Source of the DNA: Streblomastix strix
Lineage: Eukaryota
Assembly: GCA_008636045.1 (NCBI GenBank)
Contig: SNRW01000054.1
Coordinates: forward strand, 1-34,111
Length of the DNA stretch: 34,111 nucleotides
Direction: 5' to 3'
In this document: piece after piece, positions 23,641 through 34,111 of the stretch
Layout of the letters: each line of letters starts with the position of its first letter
How positions within the stretch are numbered: position 1 is the first letter of the stretch
Notes under the pieces: model-generated
Told to the model about the DNA's origin: nothing
Seen by the model: the letters and a program-made list of their open reading frames with translations, nothing else
The model's database searches: none
Position numbers and translations under genes: made by a program

Positions 23641-25245
23641 TTTCTTGTTTTATATCTCAATGTTTCTAAATATGAGATGTAGAGCAAGTAAGTTATTGTA
23701 TTCTGACTTAGGAAAATATTATTTGACTTTTGTTACAAATATATCTTTTCGCTAATCAAAATAATTTTTAATTACAAATGGTTTTTCTGAATTAAATCTT
23801 GATCTTCCAGCCTTATACATTCTGTGATTTTTGTAAGGAATGTTTTCATTTTTAACTGATGAAAATGAACTTGGATAAAGACTATTACCATTAAGAGAAA
23901 TTACATGAGTAGTAACATTTTCATTATCTTATGAGATCACTTTATTTGATTATTCATCATAAATTAATTCATTTATTTGAGTTTTACTAGCTATATTCTC
24001 TCTATGAAATACTGCTGCAAAACCACTTGTAACAAATTCTCGAAATAATTAATAAATTCTTTCATCACTAATTGTCATAGATAGATTAAGTTTAATTGTA
24101 TACCATTTCATCTTGATATGTAATGGTGCTATTTTTAGATTTCTATTTGCGTGTACTATATTACATGAAACACATGCTGGCAAAAAGTTATCATTTATAT
24201 GAAGATGTTCATTATTTTATCTATCTATGCTAGGAGGATTATTATAAATAAATTTAGCACAGCAAATTGAACACATTGATGTTTCAAACAACTGTTTGTA
24301 GTAATCATAGTCATCAGCTGTTACGTTTTTCTCTGTTTCTCTTCCAGCTTTATAATCTTATTATTTATAATTTTAACACTTATTTTTCAAGTACTATTCT
24401 GTTAGTGTTAAAGGTTTTGTTTAAGGATTTGGATTTATAAAATCAATATTAATATCAAAATCTTCCTAACAATATTATTTATCACTTTCAAGAATTTACT
24501 TAGAAGGAAAGTATGTTGAATAACGATTCGTTGCATTTGCACATAAAACTATTGAAATATAGTGTAAAACATCAATATTGAATTAGTCGAATATATCATA
24601 TAAATTTATTAATGGCTTAATCATAATCTTTGTATCATTAGTATCATAAAATTTGAGATATTCTAATCAGTTGGTAAATCTCTTAAAATCAACTATATAT
24701 TAATCATATTCATCTTTTGTGATAGAATAACCTTCTTTTAACTATGATTTAAAATCTTCATATTCAAATGGTTCTTTTTTTATTAATAGTTCATTCTAAT
24801 TCTTTGAATTAAAATTTACATAAGGACAAAAATCTTTATTATCGGATTTGTCGCCATAATCTTTTACGCATGCTTTTAATGTCACTGGCCCATATAGATT
24901 TTCTGCATCAATAAATTGTAATTTCATGTGTAATTTCTTTTGTGTTACTGTAGTTGATTCAGTACAATAGAGATCACCAATAGGTACACCCATTGTCCAG
25001 AGTTCATAATCTAAGACATCCTATAACAAAGTAATATCAAATCTTGAACTATTCCATCCCAGTACTTTAACACATCTGTTAATATAATATTTTCATCATC
25101 ATACTTCATATACAAATATATCTATTCTGCCGATTCAAATGTCTATGCAAGCCAAAAATGGACAAAAGATGAGGAGTAAGGTAATTCATATTTCTATAAT
25201 TATTCTTAATAATTGTTAAATAATTCATCAAATAATGTATAACAT
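23640..25245 (-). pseudogene. polB: Second protein-primed PolB fragment (ExoII to just after motif A) with HNH insert
   Basis: VLGWNSSRFDI (ExoII), LQFIDAENL, YLKFYDTND (ExoIII), CSICCAKF...IDRQNNEHLHINDNFLPACVSCN, and SLNGNSLYPSS (motif A, D>N). Truncated at both ends. Confidence 0.88.
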
Positions 25246-25764
25246 CTCTTCACTAATTCATACGATTTAGTGTTTATGCCACCAACGGAGTAGGTTGTTA
25301 TGATTGAAACACTAACATTATCAACTATGTGAATAAGTTCTAAAATTAAAGAAATATTAACTCCAGATCAATCAGCATGTCGATATCTACTTGATATAGT
25401 TAGCGAAGATGAATATGTGGTTAAAGAATCAGCAAATTTCTTATTATCTGAACCATAATTAATAAGAATTATTGCATAAACATTTTAAGTTGTAGAAGTC
25501 CAAGTATCATTAAATGTAGAAGATAAAGGATGTTGTGGTATATTTAAGCACGATGGAACTAGAACAATAAATGATATATCTATTAATAATGTTAAAATCC
25601 TTACATATGATATCGATATATTCAATCTTCTCAGAGATTCATATAAAATATGTTTGTAGAAAATGAGAAAAATAACTAGTATATTAGATCTTTAAGATAT
25701 ATTTTCTAAATTAATGTCAGCAGCAAGTAAAGGATTAATGGCAGTTCTTTCTCAGATTCATTGA
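25245..25764 (+). pseudogene. Hypothetical element gene, 5' end uncertain
   Basis: ...ESANFLLSEPQLIRIIAQTFQVVEVQVSLNVEDKGCCGIFK...LSQIH* ends 27 bp before the fibre ATG. Confidence 0.5.
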
Positions 25765-25944
25765 TTGATCTATATTTTTTTTGGTAATTAAATGGCTGAT
25801 GCAGACTTACACTCACTAGATGCGCTTTTAATTCCTGATGAAATTTTGTTCGGAATCATTAGATATAATTCAATTGGATTAGTTCAATAAGTCGAAAACA
25901 TTAATAATAAAATTAATATTATAAATAATGCTCCTGCGCCTGAT

Positions 25945-26390
25945 GTATATACTCGACCAGAAATGAACGAACAATTAGATACAAAAGCAGATAAAACTTA
26001 TATTTATACTAAAACTGAAACAGATACTCTACTCGATGCAAAAACAGAAAAATCTGAACATACTGATTTATATTCCAAAACATAAGATGATGCTTAATTA
26101 GTTCTGAAAGCAAATGTTGCCGATATTGTTGATAGCTATTCCAAGACAGAAGATGATGCTTTGCTGACTCTCAAAGCAAACATTGCAGATATTGTGGATA
26201 GTTATTCCAAGACAGAAGATGATGCACTTTTACTCTTGAAAGCTGATAAAACTGAACTAATTGATTCATATTCCAAGACAGAAACTGACGCTAAGTTAGC
26301 TCTTAAAGTTAAGATTACCGATATTGTAGATAATCATTTCAAAATAGAATATGATGCTTTATTATTATTGAAAACTAATGAAACACATTT
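25945..26390 (+). repeat. Coding tandem repeat, mainly 66-bp (22-aa) units
   Basis: TATTCCAAGACAGAAGATGATGC recurs 66 bp apart (26137, 26203) with a variant at 26269. Confidence 0.9.
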
Positions 26391-27018
26391 AACGAATTTT
26401 GTAGATTTAACTTCTGCTCAAATGATTCTTGGAATTAAGTAATTCGGGGTAATTAGTGTTTCCAGTATATTAAAACAGAGTAAAAATGACGCATCTATTC
26501 TTCTTGCAGGTGGGGGAGATATGTTAGTTAGTTCGTTAGTAACACAACCGTAATTATAAGAAGTTAGAGATATTGCATAAGGTAAATCAAAAGAATATGT
26601 ATTCTCAACATAAGAAGAGATGAATGATTGGATGGCTATTCAAGATAATGTAGCAAAATTAGTGATTGGAGATAATTTATATATTGTCGATTAATAAGTG
26701 ACAGATTATTGGTGGGATGGTACTTAGCTCAGAGAATTAGAAACATAATTATCCGATCTCACTAATGTTATAACTACTCTTGGTACTGCAACTGGAAGAG
26801 GTAATGCAATAACTGATTTATCCATAACTGGAAATATAATTACTCCTGCTTAAAATAAAAATTTCGTTGATCTTGAATATGATTAAACAATTACAGGTCA
26901 AAAATCATTTACCACAACTATTCATTCGGTTGGTATCACATATCAAGATTATGATAATTCTAATGTAATTTTAGCTGGAAGTGGTGTTAGATCAATAGCT
27001 GATATATAAAGTGCTTCA

Positions 27019-27465
27019 TACACTAAAGCATAAGATGATGCACTCCTACTACTGAAGGCTGATAAGACTTAACTGATTGACTCATACACTAAGATTGAAA
27101 CAAATAACTTACTAAACGCTAAAGCAGATCAGTCAACTACTTATATTAAATCATAAAATGATGCGCTCTTATTATTAAAAGCTGATAAAACATAAATAAT
27201 TGATTCATATACTAAATCGTAGGATTATGCATTACTATTATTGAAAGCGGATAAGACAAAATTAATTGATTCATTCACTAAAACTGAGACAAATATTCTC
27301 CTAAATAATAAAGCAAATTTATCAACAACTTATAACAAAACAGAAACCGATAATTTAATAGCATAGATTGATATTGATGATGTTGACTTGAGTAACTATT
27401 ACACAATAACTAAAACATATAAATTACTAAGTGATAAAGCTAATGCAACTGATTTAGCTGATTAT
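27019..27465 (+). repeat. Second block of YTK..DALLLLKADKT coding repeats
   Basis: YTKAQDDALLLLKADKTQLIDS / YTKIETNNLLNAKADQSTT / YIKSQNDALLLLKADKTQIIDS and further units. Confidence 0.88.
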
Positions 27466-28425
27466 GTTATATTAGGCACAGCGTAGACAATTACATCAAA
27501 TAAATTTTTCTGAATAGTTGCAGATTCGTAAGTTCAATTGATGGAATATCATCAATAGCTGGATCATCATTTATCAAATCGGGTGCGGATGATAGTGTTA
27601 TATTAATTGTTGCTGAGGGTACTAAGCCAATATCCAAATTTGTCGGTTCTCCAACAGATTTATCAAATTATTACACAAAAATCTATACATTTTTTCAAAT
27701 CAAATAAGATAATGGATTTGTGACAAATAATAATAATAATATGGTAAAGTAATAAATAAAAGGAAGATTAAGATATGTAAATCTATTCGATTATTAGTAC
27801 GAAACTTAATATCTACATCCAAATATATACCCTGCCAATTCAAAAGTTGATGCAAAACTAACGATTGTTGTTACTACAGAAACAACTCAAACAATCGCTG
27901 GAACTAAAACATTTTTGAGTAATATTTCTGCTTCTGGATTCGTAAAATCAGGTAAAGGAGACATATCAGTTCTATTGGCTGGTGGTGGAAATAAGTTATT
28001 ATCGGAATTATCTGGATCTGGATCAATATTATAGATTGTTTCTTACACAAGTAATGCAGTAGTACCAAATTCAATAATATATTTCTTTTTTTCTCGAGTT
28101 GGACCATTAGTTAAATTAAAAACATAAATTTATATGATTAGCGGATCAGGTAATGGCGCTATATCAATTCCTGTTGCTACTATTGCAATTACTGCATTTC
28201 AAAAAAGATCAATTTTATTATTTTAACTCAATAATCAGCAGTGGAGTAGTTCAAAACGCAATATGGACTACATCAACTAGCGGTCTAATTGACATAAGAA
28301 TAATGTCATCAGAATTTGGTAATCCAGACTTATACGGAACTATATCATCTTATAATAATGTAATATTTCCAGCTAAGAATTGATGTTTAATGTTGTTCCA
28401 ATTCATATTATTTTTGAACAATTAA

Positions 28426-30023
28426 ATAAGTTCTCTATATTCATCGGTATATTTAGATGAGGCATTACTTGATAAAGCAGGTCTACATGATTTCCCAGAA
28501 TTATACGCATACATTAGAGAACGATATCAATAGACTGATGCCGACCGTTCATATACCAATTGGAGATTAAACATTATAGTCATATGTGAAAAGAAATGAT
28601 GATATATTTTTCGGATCTGGAGATTTCGTTGCTCCACCAGTATCAAATGCTCCAACAAAAAAGATTACGAAAATTAATTGAAAATTTATAATCTATTCTA
28701 CATGGAGTTCAATAGTATGGCATCAGCTAATCAATTAGTTGTTATAGTTAATAACGTATGTATAAATCTCGAAATTAAAATGAGCAATTAGTATAAATTA
28801 TATGTTTTAAATCATTTCCTGATGCTGTTAACCCGAAGTTGGGATATAAAATATATATATCACTTGGTTCTAATTTTAGAATGAAATAAAATGAGTACTG
28901 TTTTATTGATAAAAGTGGTCCATGTATAGCAGCGGAAGATGATATTCCTGTATATAACGGTGCAATAATTGTTATAGCTTGCGTTTATTATACTGATTAT
29001 GAACTAGTGATTCAAGCTAATCACGACGCTAATAATGATGGAAAAATTGAAATAAATGATACATAGCATTAAAATTCAATATCTGAAAAAGAAGCATAAT
29101 CTTATATGTTTGATGTAATTAAATAACAAACTGCAATAGCTGATTCATAAGAGGTTGTAGCCAAGACAAGGCACAATTATTTGAATAACAATACCAAATT
29201 AATTAATCCGTAAGGAATATATAATATTGATAGAACCGCGTATATAATTGTTGATGAGCCAACGGTAATATTTAGCATTAAATCGACAGTATAGAATTAA
29301 ATGATGAATTTATATAATGTTTTCTCAACAGTGGATTAAGAAATAATTCCTGAACTAACAAAACTATTTCCTATAAATCTTATGTAAGCTGAATATGTTG
29401 GAAAATTAATTATTGGAATGATTCCATCAAGAAACACAGCATTTTAAGTTGATTTTAGCAGTACGCCTATTAATCTTGAAGTTGAATTTAATGGAACATA
29501 TACACTATATAAAAAGAAACCAAATAATGGAACGGATAATGGAACAATTGATGATAAGTAACCAGATTCTCATATTGATGAAGTGATAATGAAACATGAT
29601 TAATTTACATATTAGCCTTCAAACAACTATACTATAGAAAATTATTTATATTAGTGGTAATTTATTAATGGTTTTGGATTAGAAACTGATTATAGTTCAT
29701 TTTAGGTCATAACAATTAACGGAGATGCAAATAACAAATTTGTTATATTTAACTTATATCTAGGGAAAAATCGCGATCACGCTGATACTGCACTCTAATA
29801 GGCAGTTATTCTACCAGATGCAATATTACCATTATCTATAAAGAGTTTCAATGATACCATTATGCAAACTGTGACAACATAATCTAAAGTGAAAGTATCA
29901 TACAGCTACTGCTAAATATCGACACTTTATAAAATTTTTAGCTTTATATTTGGAGATTATACTTATGAATAACTAATTCATCGTTATTATTACACAACTA
30001 ATGGATGCTATTATTTGAACTGA
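28426..30023 (+). pseudogene. Fibre/receptor-binding-like protein 2 (start ATG>ATA, frameshifts)
   Basis: (M)SSLYSSVYLDEALLDKAGLHDFPEL..., FPDAVNP, DANNDGKIEIND, PDSHIDEVIMKHD, ILPDAILP, ends GCYYLN*. Paralogue of the next gene. Confidence 0.7.
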
Positions 30024-30054
30024 TCACTAATGTACGTTATTTTTGAACAACTAA

Positions 30055-31653
30055 ATGAGTTTCGATTACTTAAATGATTTGTTTCTTGAAACAACGTGCC
30101 TATCTGATTTCCTAGATTAATTCAAATACTTTAGAGATAAAAAATAACCATAAAAAATTTAACCAGCAGGATTAAGAGTACCCATTGGAGAATAAACACT
30201 GCAATAGTAAGTGAATTATAATGATTATGCACTAACTGCTTCATAACCTTCTGAGCCACCTACGACTCCAATAAAAATAGATATAAATTCATAATTAGAA
30301 AGATGAAACTTCCTAGCAACAAGTGAATCTGATCCTTAATTAATTGTTCATGGTGATAGAGTAATATTATCCGTATTATATGCAATGCTAGGCTTATTTT
30401 CGAGTGGATACATGTTCAAAAGTTATCCTAAGGAAGCTAGACCAAAATAAGGTGATAAAGTGATTGCTCTAGATGGATCTGATGCTACAGATTCTTTAAA
30501 TATTTTCTGTTTTATTTATGAAAACAGACTATTTATTTTTAGCCCTGAATAAATTACATCAAATACTGCTATTGTTATTAATTAAACGTATTATAAGCAA
30601 TATGGATAATATAAATATGTTAATTATGATTCAAATAATGATAATGAAATAGATATTATGGAAACATGGAATATCAATGGAAATGGAACATTCGATTCTA
30701 AGATTCATATGTATGAAGTTGTCAAAAAATAAATGGAATTGATAGCATAATGAGCAGTATAACAAGCTGAAGAAAAAAAAGTTAATTACCTAAATAGTGA
30801 CATAAAATTAACTGATGAATTAACTATCTATAATACGGATAGAGCAGCATTCTTCATTAAAGATGGACTATTTATTACTTTTAGTTTTGGTGCTAAATTA
30901 CTGAAACTTACTTCCAATGCAACTAGCAAACAAGCTGTTTATTAACTGTTTACCACAATTAACTAAAAATTACTTCCATCAAATTCCAAATATATTCCAA
31001 AGCGAACGGAATAACGTGAAAATGCTGTAATTATTTTATTTTAAATAATGTTTGATAAATCACAAGCTGCTAAAGTGATTACAAGTGGAATATTGGGTAT
31101 TGAAGATTGCGAATTAGCAGAAACATATGTAATAGATCCAATATCTGATAATGACACAAACTCTTTACCATCAGATCCTAAAGAAAAAGATTCTCATACT
31201 GAAGAGGTAATAGTGAAGCAAGAAAAATAATTAAAATAAGTGTAACCGAAATCATAATATACAATAATAAATTTATTCCGTTCTAGTCCTATTGACCAAC
31301 AATTTAATTTGTATAGTCCAGCTCTTAACACATTCTGTATTGTTGATGAAAGCACTTGCAGAGTATGTGTATTCAATCTATTCTTCGTATTTAAAGGCAT
31401 AACTAATGAAAGATAATAAATTTTAGGAACTATTCCTGATGAATTATTACCAGCTGATGGCAAAAGTATGGCATTTCCCACTATTGTTATCAGAAATGCA
31501 GGAGCTAGATGGAATATAATTGGAATGAGCTACTTTGTCATTGTTACATTTAAAAAACAGTAAATATTCTGTTTATCATCACTCTACGATGTAATTTCAT
31601 AAGATTCAGAGGAAGTTTATTAATACTGCACTAGTGGAATGTATTATCTCTGA
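30055..31653 (+). pseudogene. Fibre/receptor-binding-like protein 3 (533 codons, 2 internal TGA)
   Basis: Single frame MSFDYLNDLFLE..., YPKEARP, DSNNDNEIDIME, KDSHTEEVIVKQE, GTIPDELLP, ends SGMYYL*. Contains track ORF 31048-31230 in frame. Confidence 0.75.
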
Positions 31654-31703
31654 TCAATCTGAATAAAGTTAAGTCATATCGTTTATTTTTGCGCATTAAA
31701 ATC

Positions 31704-32264
31704 ATGGCAGCAGGAATATTCAACACACTCCAGAAGCTAATTGCAAAAGTAGGGAGAGGCGTCAATTGGATAAATAATAAGATAGTTAAACCAATAATGC
31801 CAATAACTAATGCACTTCTCTAATCTTTTGGACCAGCAGGAAGTATGGTAGCGAAAGGAATTAGTGCAGGTTCTTCAGCTGTAGATGCTTTATAGGGTCT
31901 ATATATACAATAAGGAAAATAGCAATTTAGATAAGATTTCAATACATTCAGATAAGATGATTTCTTCAGATAAAACATTCCAATTGATATAATAAGCAAA
32001 CATATATAGTTATTTGGAAATGAATTTTAGCGAATTAAAGTGAAATATCATTCGAATTAACTAACATATTATCATATAATATTTTACCCAATTAAATATG
32101 AATCTCTAGATTATGAAAATGCATATCCTAAAATCACAGGAAAGTTTATAGACTATCGAGAACTTGTTAAAAACATTCGCAATTCAACCATTTTAGAACG
32201 ATGGAGAGAACCATTTCTCAATCAAAGAGATCAAACCAGAATCATAAATGCCATCATTGTTTGA
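31704..32264 (+). CDS. Small protein with N-terminal amphipathic helix, candidate membrane-active virion protein
   Basis: MAAGIFNTLQKLIAKVGRGVNWINNKIVKPIMPITNALLQSFGPAGSMVAKGISAG. First TGA at 32262 overlaps the next gene, so the original stop (~32060) may have been lost. Confidence 0.65.
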
Positions 32265-33390
32265 CAAGGAAGTTATCATCAGTTTATCCGATTCGGATCA
32301 TGATATAACACAAATGTAAAATTCATTCATTATACTTAAATTTTAAATAAACCTGTTATTCGATAATAAATTTGACTAATTTAATGAATAATATAAAGAA
32401 GACACTTTCATATTCGTTGAATTGAAGAATTCAGCTGAATTGATTAGACTGTTTGTTCAATATCATCGTGGAAAGACAATTGATGGATCACTCTAGAACG
32501 ATGCAACTACCGAATCATATATTTATAATGCTATCAAACAGAAATCAGAGAAAAACTATAATTATTTCGTTCATTCACTCTATGAAAATGTACATAAAGA
32601 TGATATATCTTGCTGTGGAAGATATCTTAGTAACAAAGCTATTTCAGATATACTTGCTCCATATACAGCCGTTCCATATGTTATGCCAGTCAATTTTACT
32701 GTGTCCATTCCTATAGATGAATTACTCATATTCTATGCTTTTCTGAATACACTAATTCTCTATTTGATGATCTCAAAATTAAATTCAAAATCAATCCAAA
32801 CGCTTTAGTATTCTGCTAAGTAGATCCAGTAATATCTATGGCTAAACATCATATAATTAATAAAGAAGAATTAATGAGTTCAGTTCAAGATATGCTTAAG
32901 GATATTGATCTATTCTTCCGCAACTGGAGTCTCACATTCAAATACACTAATATGTACACATAAATTGGATGCACTGCTGATTTGGTTACTGGAATACGTG
33001 CAGAAGAACTCACTCCTTCAGGATTAAAGAATCTCGTTTGTGATATAAATCCAGTAACAGTATCCGTAAGAAACTATATTATTGAAGCTGTGACAGCTAA
33101 TATATGGGGATATAAAGCATCAGAGGGATAAATTAATCGAGTGTGATAATTCTATTCAACTCGTCCATTTGTTGTTTTTGCATAACATATTGAATCTTGG
33201 GCATTCCCAAGTCGTAAAGCATTAACAGCTTTAAGAAATAGCTAAAACATTCCACTTTCTTACGTTACTGATACGTATTTAATCTTCCCAAAAGATCCTA
33301 GATATATTACTTATTTCGAAAATCCCAGCTTCTAGAATATGTAGGTTAGCACATTAGGCAAAAATTTCCCAGAATTTCCAATGAATACAT
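32098..33390 (+). pseudogene. Putative major capsid protein, copy 2, 3'-truncated, 1 internal TGA
   Basis: MNLQIMKMH...ESQMPSLFDKEVIISLSDSDHDITQMQN...HSLYENVHK...KIKFKINPNALVFCQVDP...NFPEFPMNT is collinear with copy 1. Homology stops abruptly at ~33390. Confidence 0.65.
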
Positions 33391-33881
33391 CTAATTATGG
33401 TTGGATGTATTCATTGCTAATTACTAATGAAATCATTTCGATATAAGAAATAAAAAATTGCATTTGATAACTAATTATGCATCAATAATATTTTATTTAA
33501 TATGTATAATATGCATATCAAAGTTTAAAAGAAAATTAACATATAAGTGTAGTAATTATTGACATGGTTACGAAGAAAAAAGGAAGAAACGAGAAAAAAA
33601 CTTCGTTTTTGCAAATCCTCTTGCTCGTTCTTTTAACTTAGTTGGAAGGTATCTAATAAATAATTATATGTGGATGATATATGTGTATAATTTAGTATCA
33701 TTAAAATATGACATTATTTCATAATTGAAGATATAATGTTATTTTCAAAACATTAAATTTAAGTTTTTTCAATATAATTTTTTTTTAAAAAAATTAATTT
33801 TATATATTATAATAAGCATATATATGAGTTTTGTCAAATAAATTTGTGATTATATATATCATATAAATATAATGCATATAT

Positions 33882-34111
33882 ACCATATTTGTTGTACCTC
33901 ACCATCTACCGATAATCATCATCTAATGAGTTTCTATAGTCAAATTGAATTGATATCTCGCTATTCTTTGGTTCATTTAAATATATAATTTATATTCATA
34001 TAATCTATATCAGAACCTTACACACTTACAATTTGACCAGGAAATCAAGTCATTACTATATTATCTTGCTTCAAACTTTCGAGCTAATTTCTTAAATCTG
34101 AAATTTCAAAG
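33882..34111 (-). CDS. Possible exons of a host gene running off the window
   Basis: FRFKKLARKFEARQYSNDLISWSN followed by a GTAAGT donor at ~34029. No family recognised. Confidence 0.25.

Larger units (their letters stand above)
25792..28383 (+). pseudogene. Tail-fibre-like protein 1 with KADK coiled repeats and QTITGxKTF modules, frameshifted
   Basis: Tandem YSKTEDDALLLLKADKTELIDS repeats, four modules like DQTITGQKSF...VILAGSG and QTIAGTKTF...VLLAGGG, DYWWDG motif, beta-rich C-terminus ending at TGA 28381-28383. Confidence 0.8.
5700..33400. mobile_element. Decayed, rearranged Polinton/Maverick-like endogenous virus region, probably more than one copy, with nested insertions
   Basis: Packaging ATPase, capsid-like paralogues, penton-like gene, fibre genes and a pPolB fragment, densely packed and intronless. 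No outer TIRs found, so the boundaries are approximate. Confidence 0.8.

Noticed and set aside
5939..23669. Most standard-code track ORFs here (5939, 9123, 10865, 15134, 16718, 18291, 19833, 23475)
   Set aside because: They are antisense or off-frame shadows of real table-6 genes or junction-spanning artefacts; hydrophobic F/I/L-rich composition is expected from AT-rich antisense. Across the whole track, only 12197 (3' part), 24796, 26161, 28153 (3' part) and 31048 clearly share a frame with real genes; 2722 is unresolved.
25945..27465. Regular ~66-bp repeats resembling a CRISPR array
   Set aside because: Units are in-frame coding repeats with synonymous variation and no unique spacers; no cas genes, and the context is eukaryotic.
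31704..32264. Functional overlapping genes (amphipathic ORF overlapping capsid copy 2 by 167 nt)
   Set aside because: More simply explained by loss of the upstream TGA (e.g. TGA>TAA near 32058) in a decaying element.
15090..33150. In-frame TGA codons suggesting TGA=Trp or selenocysteine recoding
   Set aside because: They align with different residues (Trp in EA*SFP, Arg in RV*QF, probably Cys in LAPK*Y and Gly in AS*PD), co-occur with frameshifts, and TGA is the terminator of every gene. Ordinary nonsense decay explains them.
5700..33400. Outer TIRs/TSD for the large capsid-encoding element
   Set aside because: No matching inverted termini were found by eye near 5.7 kb or 33.4 kb, and both ends look truncated, so a single intact element is not claimed.

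Overview
Very AT-rich eukaryotic (protist) DNA that reads only in a code where TAA/TAG = Gln and TGA = stop (table 6, as in ciliates, hexamitid diplomonads and the oxymonad Streblomastix). The supplied standard-code ORF track therefore misses nearly every real gene. Positions 1-5.7 kb hold host-like genes, a divergent tRNA-Cys(GCA) and a possible piggyBac relic. About 5.7-33.4 kb is a decayed, rearranged Polinton/Maverick-like endogenous virus region: an A32-type packaging ATPase, two capsid-like paralogues, a penton-like gene, an array of phage-type fibre genes, an amphipathic protein, a pPolB fragment and an ~810-nt imperfect palindrome. The penton-like gene is split by two younger insertions. 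One is a Sola2-type DNA transposon (8129-10951, ATTT TSD). The other is a complete 8.0-kb capsid-less self-synthesizing element (11049-19054; 296-bp TIRs, ACTACT...AGTAGT ends, 6-bp TSD) encoding only an HNH-containing protein-primed PolB, a retroviral-type integrase and one intact orphan ORF. All translations and alignments were done by eye. Family calls rest on remembered motifs, not database searches, and pseudogene boundaries are approximate.
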